Source of the DNA: an uncultured Halobacteriales archaeon
GTDB lineage: Archaea; Halobacteriota; Halobacteria; Halobacteriales; Hikarchaeaceae
DNA: 64,000 nucleotides
Assembly: GCA_964597855.1 (NCBI GenBank)
Contig: CAZQZO010000004.1
Coordinates: 24,219 to 88,218 of the forward strand
Direction: 5' to 3'
Under the pieces are notes generated by a model. The model was not told the DNA's origin. It searched no databases and saw only the letters and a list, made by a program, of their open reading frames with translations. Positions 38,786-47,605 of this stretch are shown piece by piece; the stretch's first letter is position 1; each line of letters begins with the position of its first letter. The translations under genes were made by a program, and so were the position numbers.

Positions 38786-39805
38786 ATGCCTCTTCGTCCT
38801 AGTGAGAAATTAGTCACTTCTATAGTCAAAGAGAATGGGAAGTCAGCTTCTACTCTGCCCGAACCTCTTCCTGAACAATTTATTAAAATAAACCACCTTT
38901 CTGCAATTCTGCGAAACAAAGGGTTCGAACTCCCATTCGCGTCTACCCAATCCAATGATGCTTTCGTTCTCAGTGAAGTTTCCCGAATAATTCATGAATT
39001 GAAACATTCTGGAATCCACTGCGTTGTGATAAAGTCCCTTCCTGCTGTTGCAAAACCCATTGGGGATGTAGATATTCTGGTCGACGATCTGGAGAAAGCA
39101 GGGGAATTACTTGAACAGAATTCTTACGATGTTAGTATTGATCCCGATCCTCACAAACTCCTGTGCCTCTCCACCATTGATGGAATTCTTGTGAATATAC
39201 ATCTCCATGGAGAAATTGCCTGGAGGCGGGTAATTTACTTAGACCCAATTGATGTTATCAAATCGGCCACAGAACGAGTTTTTTATGGGATCTCTTTTCC
39301 TGTAGCTTCAGCTGAATTTGAAATCTTAATCACGTCTGCACACATGCTGTATGAACGTGGAAACATGAGGGTAAGTCTCCATAATGTTCTAGAGCTTTCC
39401 GCTCTATTTTCGTCAAAAAATATCTCTATTCCTTCTCTATTTGATATTGCATCCAAGAATGGCTGGGGCGATTCACTTATTTTATTTTTACAAACAGCAA
39501 ATGCAATTCATTATCAGATTTTTCATGAAAATTTTTCTATTTCCGAACCTGATTTTTTCAATTCCAAAATCACACTTCCTTATAATCCCTTTTTCTTCAA
39601 TTGGACTTTTTCAATTAGAACCATGATTTGGATCCGGCTAAGAAAACTATTCACCGATTTCACTTCTAAAAACTTTCGTTCTGTTTCAGACGATTTAAGT
39701 GCATACCCTCGCGATATCCTAAAGGTTTTCACCGAGAGATATGGAGTAATACATACTAAAAGGAGATTAAATAAATGGAAAAATACTATTCGATCCATAA
39801 TCTAG
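38786..39805 (+). CDS. Uncharacterised nucleotidyltransferase family protein (PF14907-like), paralogue 2
   Basis: KPIGDVDILV, IHLHGEIAWRR and ITSAHMLYERG are colinear with the upstream paralogue. ATG 38786 is preferred over GTG 38762. Confidence 0.5.
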   Translation: MPLRPSEKLVTSIVKENGKSASTLPEPLPEQFIKINHLSAILRNKGFELPFASTQSNDAFVLSEVSRIIHELKHSGIHCVVIKSLPAVAKPIGDVDILVDDLEKAGELLEQNSYDVSIDPDPHKLLCLSTIDGILVNIHLHGEIAWRRVIYLDPIDVIKSATERVFYGISFPVASAEFEILITSAHMLYERGNMRVSLHNVLELSALFSSKNISIPSLFDIASKNGWGDSLILFLQTANAIHYQIFHENFSISEPDFFNSKITLPYNPFFFNWTFSIRTMIWIRLRKLFTDFTSKNFRSVSDDLSAYPRDILKVFTERYGVIHTKRRLNKWKNTIRSII

Positions 39806-40782
39806 TTACTATTAAATCAAATGTTGGGCTCCCAATTCCCAATTATTTCTCATGCCCACCCGTGCCCAAACCTGATCTAACTGTACGCCAATGCAATTTC
39901 GATCACGACGTTCCTAGATCTTCTAAGAAAAAACGAAAAGATTACTCAGTTTGGCAGGAAGAAGGTACTCTTTTCATAGATTATGAATCTCTTGATCTCA
40001 AAATTTCCCTTAGCAATCTTGAAGGTAACACTGAGATTCAAGTCAGCGATGGTTTTGTAACTCGTTCAAAAAAACATTTGAACACTTTGGTCGGTCTTAT
40101 TGTCCAATTAAAACTTCTTGAGAAAAATTGTACTTTCTTACATTCTGGGTGCTTGACCTATGATGACGGTGCAATTTTAATCCCTGCCATGGGGAGTACT
40201 GGAAAAACTTTCACTACACTCTCTCTGATCGATGGCAAAAAACGTCTTTTTATGTCCGACGATCTCTCCATTATTAGTAATGGCGGTGATGTGTATTCTT
40301 ACCCTGGAAAAATTGGTACTGGTCCTTATGTACTCGAAAATAATGCAGTACCTGAATTATCCGTTAAGCCCCTCTTCAGTAGTAAACTTGCACGAATCCC
40401 TCTGATATCTTTGATATTTGGGAAATTCCCGTGGTTGTACAAATCCAAAAACCTTGAAATGCCGGTACATCTCACCACAGACAAATCTACATGTTCTTAT
40501 TTATTCCTTATAGTTGGAGGCTCTGAAAACAAAGCATTTCCAATATCCACTTCTCATGCTATAGTCCAGTCAATGAATCAACATCTGGATACTCACAACT
40601 TACTTGGCAGTTTCATATTAAACTATTATGCATATTTCTTTGGATATGACCTCGTTCAAAAAATAGAACAAATGCGAGAAATTCTAATTTCTGGACTCTC
40701 CTCTACTCAATGTTTCGAAATTAAATCTAATGAATTATCTAGTTACCCCACTATTGTTCTTCAAACTATAGCTGAAAATTAA
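39775..40782 (+). CDS. HPr kinase C-terminal-domain-like P-loop protein (HprK-related kinase-like), paralogue 1
   Basis: LHSGCLTYDDGAILIPAMGSTGKTFTTLSLIDGKKRLFMSDDLSII aligns by eye with the HprK core lHG..v...g.GvLi.G.SG.GKS..aL.Li.rGh.LvaDD. Overlaps the upstream gene by 31 nt. Confidence 0.55.
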   Translation: MEKYYSIHNLVTIKSNVGLPIPNYFSCPPVPKPDLTVRQCNFDHDVPRSSKKKRKDYSVWQEEGTLFIDYESLDLKISLSNLEGNTEIQVSDGFVTRSKKHLNTLVGLIVQLKLLEKNCTFLHSGCLTYDDGAILIPAMGSTGKTFTTLSLIDGKKRLFMSDDLSIISNGGDVYSYPGKIGTGPYVLENNAVPELSVKPLFSSKLARIPLISLIFGKFPWLYKSKNLEMPVHLTTDKSTCSYLFLIVGGSENKAFPISTSHAIVQSMNQHLDTHNLLGSFILNYYAYFFGYDLVQKIEQMREILISGLSSTQCFEIKSNELSSYPTIVLQTIAEN

Positions 40783-40785
40783 TTT

Positions 40786-41760
40786 TCATTCATCTCCTCT
40801 TGATAATCTATCATCTCCAATAATATATTTTATCATGCCTTTGATAAAAAAATAATTCCCAATCGAATTAAGCAAAAAATGTGGAAACACATATGCAGAT
40901 TGATACTTTACGCTTCTATAAATTATCTTTATCATTTTAATACAAAATGGAACCCCTACTATCAGGAAAATCGATTTTCCGGTGATAGAAAATGCACCCA
41001 GACTTACAATAATGCTAGCTATGTACCCGATGGGCATTAAAACAAAGAGATCTTTTAATCCACTTTTCCAACCCGCATATTCTACATATGGGAAAAATGT
41101 TCTTCCATACCATTCCTGCTGCTTGTAAAATTCTTTAATCGAATCAAATTTTCCATATCTAGTGCATTTCTCCTCTAAAATAATTTTACCTCCTTTTTCT
41201 TCTACTATTTTTCTGACTTTATTATAAAATGTCCAATCCTCTCTAAATCCAAGCGCTTCGAAACCACCTGCCAATTCAAAAATGTCCTTTCGATAGAAGT
41301 GAGCAGGAGGGGGCGGTGCATTAGTATTTTTCTTGATCAACTTTGTTATATCTTCCACTGGTGAGTATGCTTTCATTAATACACTATCTCTAATGGAATT
41401 TGCCACCGTTCTAACCGCCACCATCTCGGAGTCTTCATTAAAATGGATCATTGCATTAGAAACAAAATTGTGACTCAAAACCAGATCCCCATCAATAAAA
41501 CACAACACGTCCACATTTCCACTTTTTATCGCATATTCTGCCCCCTGGTTCCTAGCCATTGGCAATGATTTATTCTCACCTTTTTCTAGAATGACAATAG
41601 CACCATTTTTTTCAGATATTTCCACGGTTTTATCCTTCGAACCACCATCTACTACAATAATTTCTTTGTTTGGGTACTCATCGTCATTCAAACTTTGAAT
41701 TAATTCTCCTATCTTGCTCTCTTCATTCAATGTCGGGATTACGACTACACAATTTAACAT
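40786..41760 (-). CDS. Glycosyltransferase family 2 with C-terminal TM segments (dolichyl-phosphate sugar synthase-like)
   Basis: VVIPTLNEE, VVDGGSKDKT and FIDGDL (DxD) motifs, with a hydrophobic C-terminal third. Confidence 0.85.
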   Translation of the reverse strand: MLNCVVVIPTLNEESKIGELIQSLNDDEYPNKEIIVVDGGSKDKTVEISEKNGAIVILEKGENKSLPMARNQGAEYAIKSGNVDVLCFIDGDLVLSHNFVSNAMIHFNEDSEMVAVRTVANSIRDSVLMKAYSPVEDITKLIKKNTNAPPPPAHFYRKDIFELAGGFEALGFREDWTFYNKVRKIVEEKGGKIILEEKCTRYGKFDSIKEFYKQQEWYGRTFFPYVEYAGWKSGLKDLFVLMPIGYIASIIVSLGAFSITGKSIFLIVGVPFCIKMIKIIYRSVKYQSAYVFPHFLLNSIGNYFFIKGMIKYIIGDDRLSRGDE

Positions 41761-41899
41761 AACATATTGTCTCCACTACCTTCTCTTAACTCTGCATCAC
41801 TTTACTTCCGCGTTTTGATATATTTTCTGTTCCGTTCCCCTTAAAAAAGAAACCGTATAACCTAACTATATCCTAATCCCACCTATTGTAACAACAACC

Positions 41900-42928
41900 A
41901 TGTCTTCTCCACCCTCGAGCAGTCCTCACTATTACTCTATACACGACATCATCCATATCCGATCGAACGTCGATCTTCCCATTCCTGACTATTTCCGTAT
42001 CTCTTCCCCACCTACTTCTTTTAACTTTGATATTGATGTATCTGAGGAATCTATCTCTATGCCTTTTACAGAAACAGAAATGCATCGGTGTAGCATCTTC
42101 TTTGTTGGACACAATGAATCCCAACTTGCAATCGATTACAGGCTTCCCTTTCTAAATGTAAAACTTCTATTAACCGATCTTGAAAATACTACTAAAATTT
42201 CATTTACAAAAGATTTCAAAAGATTTGGAGATTTGACAAATTTGTTCAATACAATTCTGTTATTTAAATTTATCCAAAAAGGGCACACTCTAGTCCATTC
42301 TGGTTGTATCTCCACTTCTGATAGTTGTTATTTAATTTCTGGAATGCGAGATACTGGAAAAACATCAACTGTCCTGTCTCTAGTTGACGGAATCGACATC
42401 AAATTTATGTCCGACGATCTAACCGTAATATCCAAAAATGGCCAAGCATTTTCATATCCCACTCGTGTAGGCATTTCTCCTTACACTTTGACAGGCACTT
42501 CGATCTCGTACACGCCCCCTGCCTGGAAACAATGGGTTGCAAAACATCAGCTGCTGTTATTTGGACTTGAAAGCGTATTTAAATTTGAACTCAGCAAACG
42601 AATAGACGTTCCTTCTTCCCTCATAGATACCTCTGGAACGATCAGCAACGTATTCCTTTTGCGATCTGCAAATAAAAATGAAATTTCATCAATTCCATCT
42701 TCAGTCGCAGTTCAAAAATTACTCATGACCACTACTGAACTAATTGATCCTTTCCGAATCTATTCTCTCAATTTTTATGCTTATTACACGGATTTTGATT
42801 CTGCAATGCTATTTGAAAAAGAAAAAGAAATCATTGAACATGCACTTTCAAACGTTACTTGCTACGACGTTTGTGCGAACAATGTAAAAGAATTCCACAA
42901 ACTTATACAGAATCAAGTCGACCTATGA
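41900..42928 (+). CDS. HPr kinase C-terminal-domain-like P-loop protein, paralogue 2
   Basis: VHSGCISTSDSCYLISGMRDTGKTSTVLSLVDGIDIKFMSDDLTVIS. Shares the N-terminal YYSIH(D/N)(I/L).(H/T)I(R/K)SNV.LPIP.YF motif with paralogue 1. Confidence 0.55.
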   Translation: MSSPPSSSPHYYSIHDIIHIRSNVDLPIPDYFRISSPPTSFNFDIDVSEESISMPFTETEMHRCSIFFVGHNESQLAIDYRLPFLNVKLLLTDLENTTKISFTKDFKRFGDLTNLFNTILLFKFIQKGHTLVHSGCISTSDSCYLISGMRDTGKTSTVLSLVDGIDIKFMSDDLTVISKNGQAFSYPTRVGISPYTLTGTSISYTPPAWKQWVAKHQLLLFGLESVFKFELSKRIDVPSSLIDTSGTISNVFLLRSANKNEISSIPSSVAVQKLLMTTTELIDPFRIYSLNFYAYYTDFDSAMLFEKEKEIIEHALSNVTCYDVCANNVKEFHKLIQNQVDL

Positions 42929-43659
42929 AAAATATCATTGCAACAATTCGTGGTGTATTAGAATACCAAATTATAGCGCATTTAGTAGGCATTTGGATAA
43001 TTATAACTGGGGGGAAAGTCAAATCTAGAGGGATTTTACTAAATGTAAAAAATAATAGAATTACCAACTCTCTGAAGTACGATTTAGTCTCTGATAAATT
43101 CGAAGAAAACGAATTCTATCTACTGGAAAAGCATCTCTTGCCAAATTTTGATGTTGTGGAACTTGGAGGTGGACTCGGATTTCTATCTTGCTATGTTGGA
43201 CAGAAAATAAAACCTAAAAATAAACACATTGTGATCGAACCAAATCCCTTCATATTGCCCACCCTGAACTCTAATCGCATGTTGAATGGTTGTGACTTTG
43301 AAATACTCAATCATGCCTATTCTCCTACACCCGGATTTGTAACATTCGATGCAAGTGGTCCCTTCGAATCAAGTCGTATTAATGTAAATTCTCCCGATAC
43401 GATCCAAGTAGAATCTATCACCCTTGGTCATATTATCGATCAATACAAACTAGATCAGTTCCTCTTACTCCTTGATATAGAAGGGGACGAATTCGATTTA
43501 ATCCAACACGAATTTGACATCATCGTACGCCACTGCCCTTTGATAATAATCGAATTTCATGACGAATTTGGATTAATTCAACCCGCGGTGTCCAAATTAG
43601 AAAGTTCAGGATATTCCGTTTTTGAGAATGGGAATGTATATGCCTTTGTCCGAGATTAG
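42925..43659 (+). CDS. FkbM family SAM-dependent methyltransferase
   Basis: VVELGGGLGFLS SAM motif, HIVIEPNP, and LLLLDIEGDEFDLI...IIIEFH typical of FkbM. ATGA overlap with the upstream gene; the track start 42859 is rejected. Confidence 0.7.
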   Translation: MKNIIATIRGVLEYQIIAHLVGIWIIITGGKVKSRGILLNVKNNRITNSLKYDLVSDKFEENEFYLLEKHLLPNFDVVELGGGLGFLSCYVGQKIKPKNKHIVIEPNPFILPTLNSNRMLNGCDFEILNHAYSPTPGFVTFDASGPFESSRINVNSPDTIQVESITLGHIIDQYKLDQFLLLLDIEGDEFDLIQHEFDIIVRHCPLIIIEFHDEFGLIQPAVSKLESSGYSVFENGNVYAFVRD

Positions 43660-43674
43660 TTCCATTTCACTATT

Positions 43675-44667
43675 CTATACTAACCGCCCAATTGCATTTC
43701 TAAACTCTTTTGCTTGATTTTTTTCAGTTAGGCCCCACACACATTGTCTATGATCTTTTCCCCTTTCAATCCTTTCTACCTCTCCCATCTCATGACAATT
43801 GACCATGCAATTGTATATTCCATCTTCTGTACTCGAACTCACCTGATCTTTTGGAACCAATTCTTTAGTACCCACTTGCTCTGTAACAATAGTTGGAGTG
43901 GCAGAGAGCATCGCCTCTAAACTAGCCACTGGGAATGCATCTGCCACGGACGGTTGAATATACACACTTGCCCTCTCTAATACCTGCACCAACTCTTTCA
44001 CAGATACTTTCCCCGGTGTTTCTATGCCTTCTCCTATTGCATAACTCTCATTTTCATGACCCGAACCTATTAAAATTAATTTCGATTTTGGATCTGTATC
44101 CTCTCTAAACCTCCCGAATGATTTACATAATCGGTGATAGTTCTTCGAAGGCCTAGCATTTCCCACAGAAACCACCACAAATTCATCTTGGTTCGATAGA
44201 GGTTCTAACCTCGATAGTGGCCCATATTTTTCATTTTCAATGGGTGGGTGGACAATTTCATATGGTAAAGAGCCTATATATGGCTCACACCATTGATATG
44301 CAAGATCACTCACCGAAATGCACCCGTTTATCGTTCTATTTGTTACCGGTTTGGCCATTTTCCATAAATATCTAGTTTTCCTATAATTCAAGGTATGGAA
44401 TGTTTCATCTGCTATCAAAAATATTGCCTGGGATCTCCTATCTTTTATATTATTATAAACAAGCACTGTTTGCAACACCGAAGACCCCTCTGCAACTACT
44501 ATTTCGTACCCTCTACGTAACTTGAGACCCGTTTCTACACGTCTAACAATGCTATTGCCCACTCTTCCCCCTTCAAAGTGCTCATATTCACAATTTATGG
44601 AGTCCCCAAACACCTTATGGGCGTAGTGGGGCCCTTCTCCTTGATAAACCATACACACTCGCCACAT
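43675..44667 (-). CDS. Glycosyltransferase family 4 (GT-B)
   Basis: SVADAFPVASLEAMLSATPTIVTE C-terminal motif and a GT-B sized protein. Confidence 0.75.
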   Translation of the reverse strand: MWRVCMVYQGEGPHYAHKVFGDSINCEYEHFEGGRVGNSIVRRVETGLKLRRGYEIVVAEGSSVLQTVLVYNNIKDRRSQAIFLIADETFHTLNYRKTRYLWKMAKPVTNRTINGCISVSDLAYQWCEPYIGSLPYEIVHPPIENEKYGPLSRLEPLSNQDEFVVVSVGNARPSKNYHRLCKSFGRFREDTDPKSKLILIGSGHENESYAIGEGIETPGKVSVKELVQVLERASVYIQPSVADAFPVASLEAMLSATPTIVTEQVGTKELVPKDQVSSSTEDGIYNCMVNCHEMGEVERIERGKDHRQCVWGLTEKNQAKEFRNAIGRLV

Positions 44668-44728
44668 ATCGTAACAACTTTTTACCTATCCGCAAAAGCT
44701 CTTCCGACATAACCAAATTTCCACACAA

Positions 44729-47605
44729 ATGAAAAACAGCCTTACATCTAGTCTCTCCCAAACTTCACTTGCACACTTCATTGAAAAATGGTGTGCCGAA
44801 ATATCTCTCATTTTTATCTTTCTATTTATGCTTTGGATTCGAATGAGGGCGTATTCTTTATATTTTTTCAACCACCCTTATACGGGTGATCAGATATATC
44901 TAGCTGGAAACGATCCTTGGTATCATCTCAGAATGGTCACTTATACCACTCATAACTGGCCATTTAATATGCCCTTTGACCCTTGGACAAATTTCCCTTA
45001 TGGGACTCAAGTAGGTCAATTTGGAACGTTATATGACCAAATTGTAGCCACATTTGCACTAATTATCGGAGTAGGAAGCCCATCCACTGAGTTAATCATA
45101 ACAGTACTCATCATCGCTCCTGCACTCATTGGCTCTTTAACTGTATTCCCTACTTATCTTATAGCCAAACATTTTGGAGGAAAAAGTGGAGGTATCTTCG
45201 CCGCATTGTTACTGGCTTTATTACCGGGGGTATTTTTACAGCGAAGCATAGCAGGTTATTCAGATCATCATGTCGCAGAGGTATTTTTCCAAGCCATTGC
45301 AATACTGACCTTGTTAATTGCAATCACCGTTTTTCTAGATGACAAACCCGTGTGGGAATTTGTTGAACTAAAGGACTTTCCCAAATTAAAGAGGTCTTTA
45401 ATATGGGGGGGACTGGTAGGGCTGACGACTTTACTTTACCTTTTGGTGTGGCCCCCTGGGTTACTTCTAATAGGGATCTTCGCTATATTCTTTTTCGTTA
45501 GATCGAATATGGATCATATCTCCGGAAATACTCCCGATTATATTGCATTTCTCGGCGTGGTCAGTATGGCTTTTGTAGGATTGGCACTTCTCTTTTTTGT
45601 AAATATACCTTACCCTGAAGAACTTACGTCTGTATTAAATTTCAGAGTTACTAACATTTCTCTTTTACACTCCTCAATGGCTCTCTCCATAGCGATAGGA
45701 TGTGCATTTCTTGCATGGCTCTCTAGATTTTTCTCTAACAATAATCTCCCAAAATGGGGATATCCACTTACCCTTCTTGCTCTACTATCATTTGCAGCTC
45801 TAATTCTCTATTTAATTTTACCCTATGTATTTGAAATTTTATATAACAATATAACCCGAACTTTTGGTTTTAATATTTCCGCAGGAACTAGGACCATTGA
45901 AGAAGCCAATTCTTTTTTATCACTCGCAGATCCTGCTTTCGGTATTAGTCGGGTCGATGTAATCCGCCGAGAATACGGTTATGCTTTTTTCCTGGCACTT
46001 GCTGCTCCATTTTTTATCTTGAAGGATTATTTAAACGAAAAAAAATACGAATCTGGTATTTTACTTCTGCTCATTTGGTCCCTTCTAATTGGGGTTTCAA
46101 CTTTCACTCAAGCTAGGTTCAATTACTATCTAGCAATCCCTGTTGTGGTTCTAAACGCATATGTGTTAAAATGCATTTTCCAACAATTTAATATAGATAA
46201 ACTTCGGTCTATAAAGCCATACCAATTTGGAGTCATTCTCGTAATTTTTCTTGTTGTACTTGCCCCCTTGGCAATCCCTATGCAAATAGGATCTGATGAT
46301 AATGGTCCTATCCATACTTCAACAGCTTTCGAAATCTCCATGGATGTCCCTCTTAGCGAAGTATATAACTGGGACCCTGCGCTCCAATGGATGAAACTAG
46401 AAACCCCACTAGTAGGAAACTATGGTGGTTCAAACAATCCTCTTGATTATTATGGAACTGTAGAATCTAACTATCTTGGAATAAATGCCACAGGTGATTT
46501 CGCATATCCCGATGGGGCCTATGGTGTAATGTCATGGTGGGACTATGGACATTGGATAACCTTGAGGGCCGAACGAATTCCGGTTTCTAATCCCTTCCAG
46601 GAAGGTGCAGTAGTTTCAGCAAATTATCTACTTTCCCAAAGTGAATCTGAATCTGAAAGTATTCTTTCTACTATTGACGATGGATCTGGAGTCCGATATA
46701 TTGTTTTAGATTGGCAAATAGTATCTTCCGGAGCAAAACTCCATGGCCCTGCAACATTCAAAGAAGGAGTTTCTGTTACGAACTATCAAAACTATTTGAT
46801 TGAACAAGTTCCTGGGGGGTATGGACTACGTCACATTCTTCACCCCTCTTCTTATTACAACTCCCAAATGGTTCGGCTTTACCACTACCATGGAAGTTCT
46901 ATAGCCCCAACACCTCTTGTCATTGATTGGGATACCGTACCCGGACTTAACCCCGAATACTACAAACTGTCTCAAACCCAGCCTGGGGATCCTGATATGT
47001 TTCCAGTTTTCGAAACAATCGAAGAGGCTCAGAGTTTCACTCAAGAAAATCCCACTTCTCAGATAGGTGGAATTGGAACATTTCCAACAGAACCAATCCC
47101 TGCACTTAAGCACTATAGGTTAGTTTATGCTACGCCAAATGCAATTCAAATTTCCCCTTATTATGTGCATACCACCTCTTCTTGGGTTAAAATTTTTGAG
47201 CGTGTTCCTGGTGCAACCATTACTGGCACGGCCCCGCCAAATACTCCTATATCTGGGGCAGTAGCAATGCATGTTCCCACAACCAATTCTACATTTCGAT
47301 ATATCCAACATACTACCTCTGATGCTTCTGGAAAATTCACGATGGTAGTTCCTTACTCCACAATAGGCTATGATGAACTTGGACCTCAAGACGGTTATAC
47401 AAATGTCGATGTACGCGCCGTGGGTCCTTATTATATTACCACCGAATTCGGAACATATTCGGGGACCGTTCATGTACCTGATTCTTCTGTAAATGGTATC
47501 GGACCCGAACTCACTATTGACTTGGAAAAAGATTTCTTTGAACTGTGCAATTGCGTTTGGGACCGTGAGATTGGCACAATTAAGCCTAAGGAAAATACAT
47601 CATGA
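44729..47605 (+). CDS. aglB: Archaeal oligosaccharyltransferase AglB (STT3 family)
   Basis: 958 aa and about 13 TM. First-loop GNDPWYH, the catalytic WWDYGHW (WWDYG) motif, and a large C-terminal soluble domain. Confidence 0.9.
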   Translation: MKNSLTSSLSQTSLAHFIEKWCAEISLIFIFLFMLWIRMRAYSLYFFNHPYTGDQIYLAGNDPWYHLRMVTYTTHNWPFNMPFDPWTNFPYGTQVGQFGTLYDQIVATFALIIGVGSPSTELIITVLIIAPALIGSLTVFPTYLIAKHFGGKSGGIFAALLLALLPGVFLQRSIAGYSDHHVAEVFFQAIAILTLLIAITVFLDDKPVWEFVELKDFPKLKRSLIWGGLVGLTTLLYLLVWPPGLLLIGIFAIFFFVRSNMDHISGNTPDYIAFLGVVSMAFVGLALLFFVNIPYPEELTSVLNFRVTNISLLHSSMALSIAIGCAFLAWLSRFFSNNNLPKWGYPLTLLALLSFAALILYLILPYVFEILYNNITRTFGFNISAGTRTIEEANSFLSLADPAFGISRVDVIRREYGYAFFLALAAPFFILKDYLNEKKYESGILLLLIWSLLIGVSTFTQARFNYYLAIPVVVLNAYVLKCIFQQFNIDKLRSIKPYQFGVILVIFLVVLAPLAIPMQIGSDDNGPIHTSTAFEISMDVPLSEVYNWDPALQWMKLETPLVGNYGGSNNPLDYYGTVESNYLGINATGDFAYPDGAYGVMSWWDYGHWITLRAERIPVSNPFQEGAVVSANYLLSQSESESESILSTIDDGSGVRYIVLDWQIVSSGAKLHGPATFKEGVSVTNYQNYLIEQVPGGYGLRHILHPSSYYNSQMVRLYHYHGSSIAPTPLVIDWDTVPGLNPEYYKLSQTQPGDPDMFPVFETIEEAQSFTQENPTSQIGGIGTFPTEPIPALKHYRLVYATPNAIQISPYYVHTTSSWVKIFERVPGATITGTAPPNTPISGAVAMHVPTTNSTFRYIQHTTSDASGKFTMVVPYSTIGYDELGPQDGYTNVDVRAVGPYYITTEFGTYSGTVHVPDSSVNGIGPELTIDLEKDFFELCNCVWDREIGTIKPKENTS

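Noticed and set aside
41873-42124. 83-aa minus-strand ORF in and near the GT2/HprK-like divergent spacer, considered as a possible small regulatory or precursor protein
   Set aside because: Most of it overlaps the conserved N-terminus of HprK-like paralogue 2 on the other strand (the motif shared with paralogue 1). Its product is Arg/Cys-rich and looks spurious.
37720-43659. Lasso-peptide or other RiPP biosynthetic cluster, because HprK-like kinase plus PF14907-like nucleotidyltransferase are known lasso tailoring enzymes
   Set aside because: There is no asparagine-synthetase-like cyclase, no transglutaminase-like leader peptidase and no PqqD-like RRE. I found no plausible short precursor ORF in the small intergenic gaps. 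The context is entirely glycosyltransferases, flippase and AglB.
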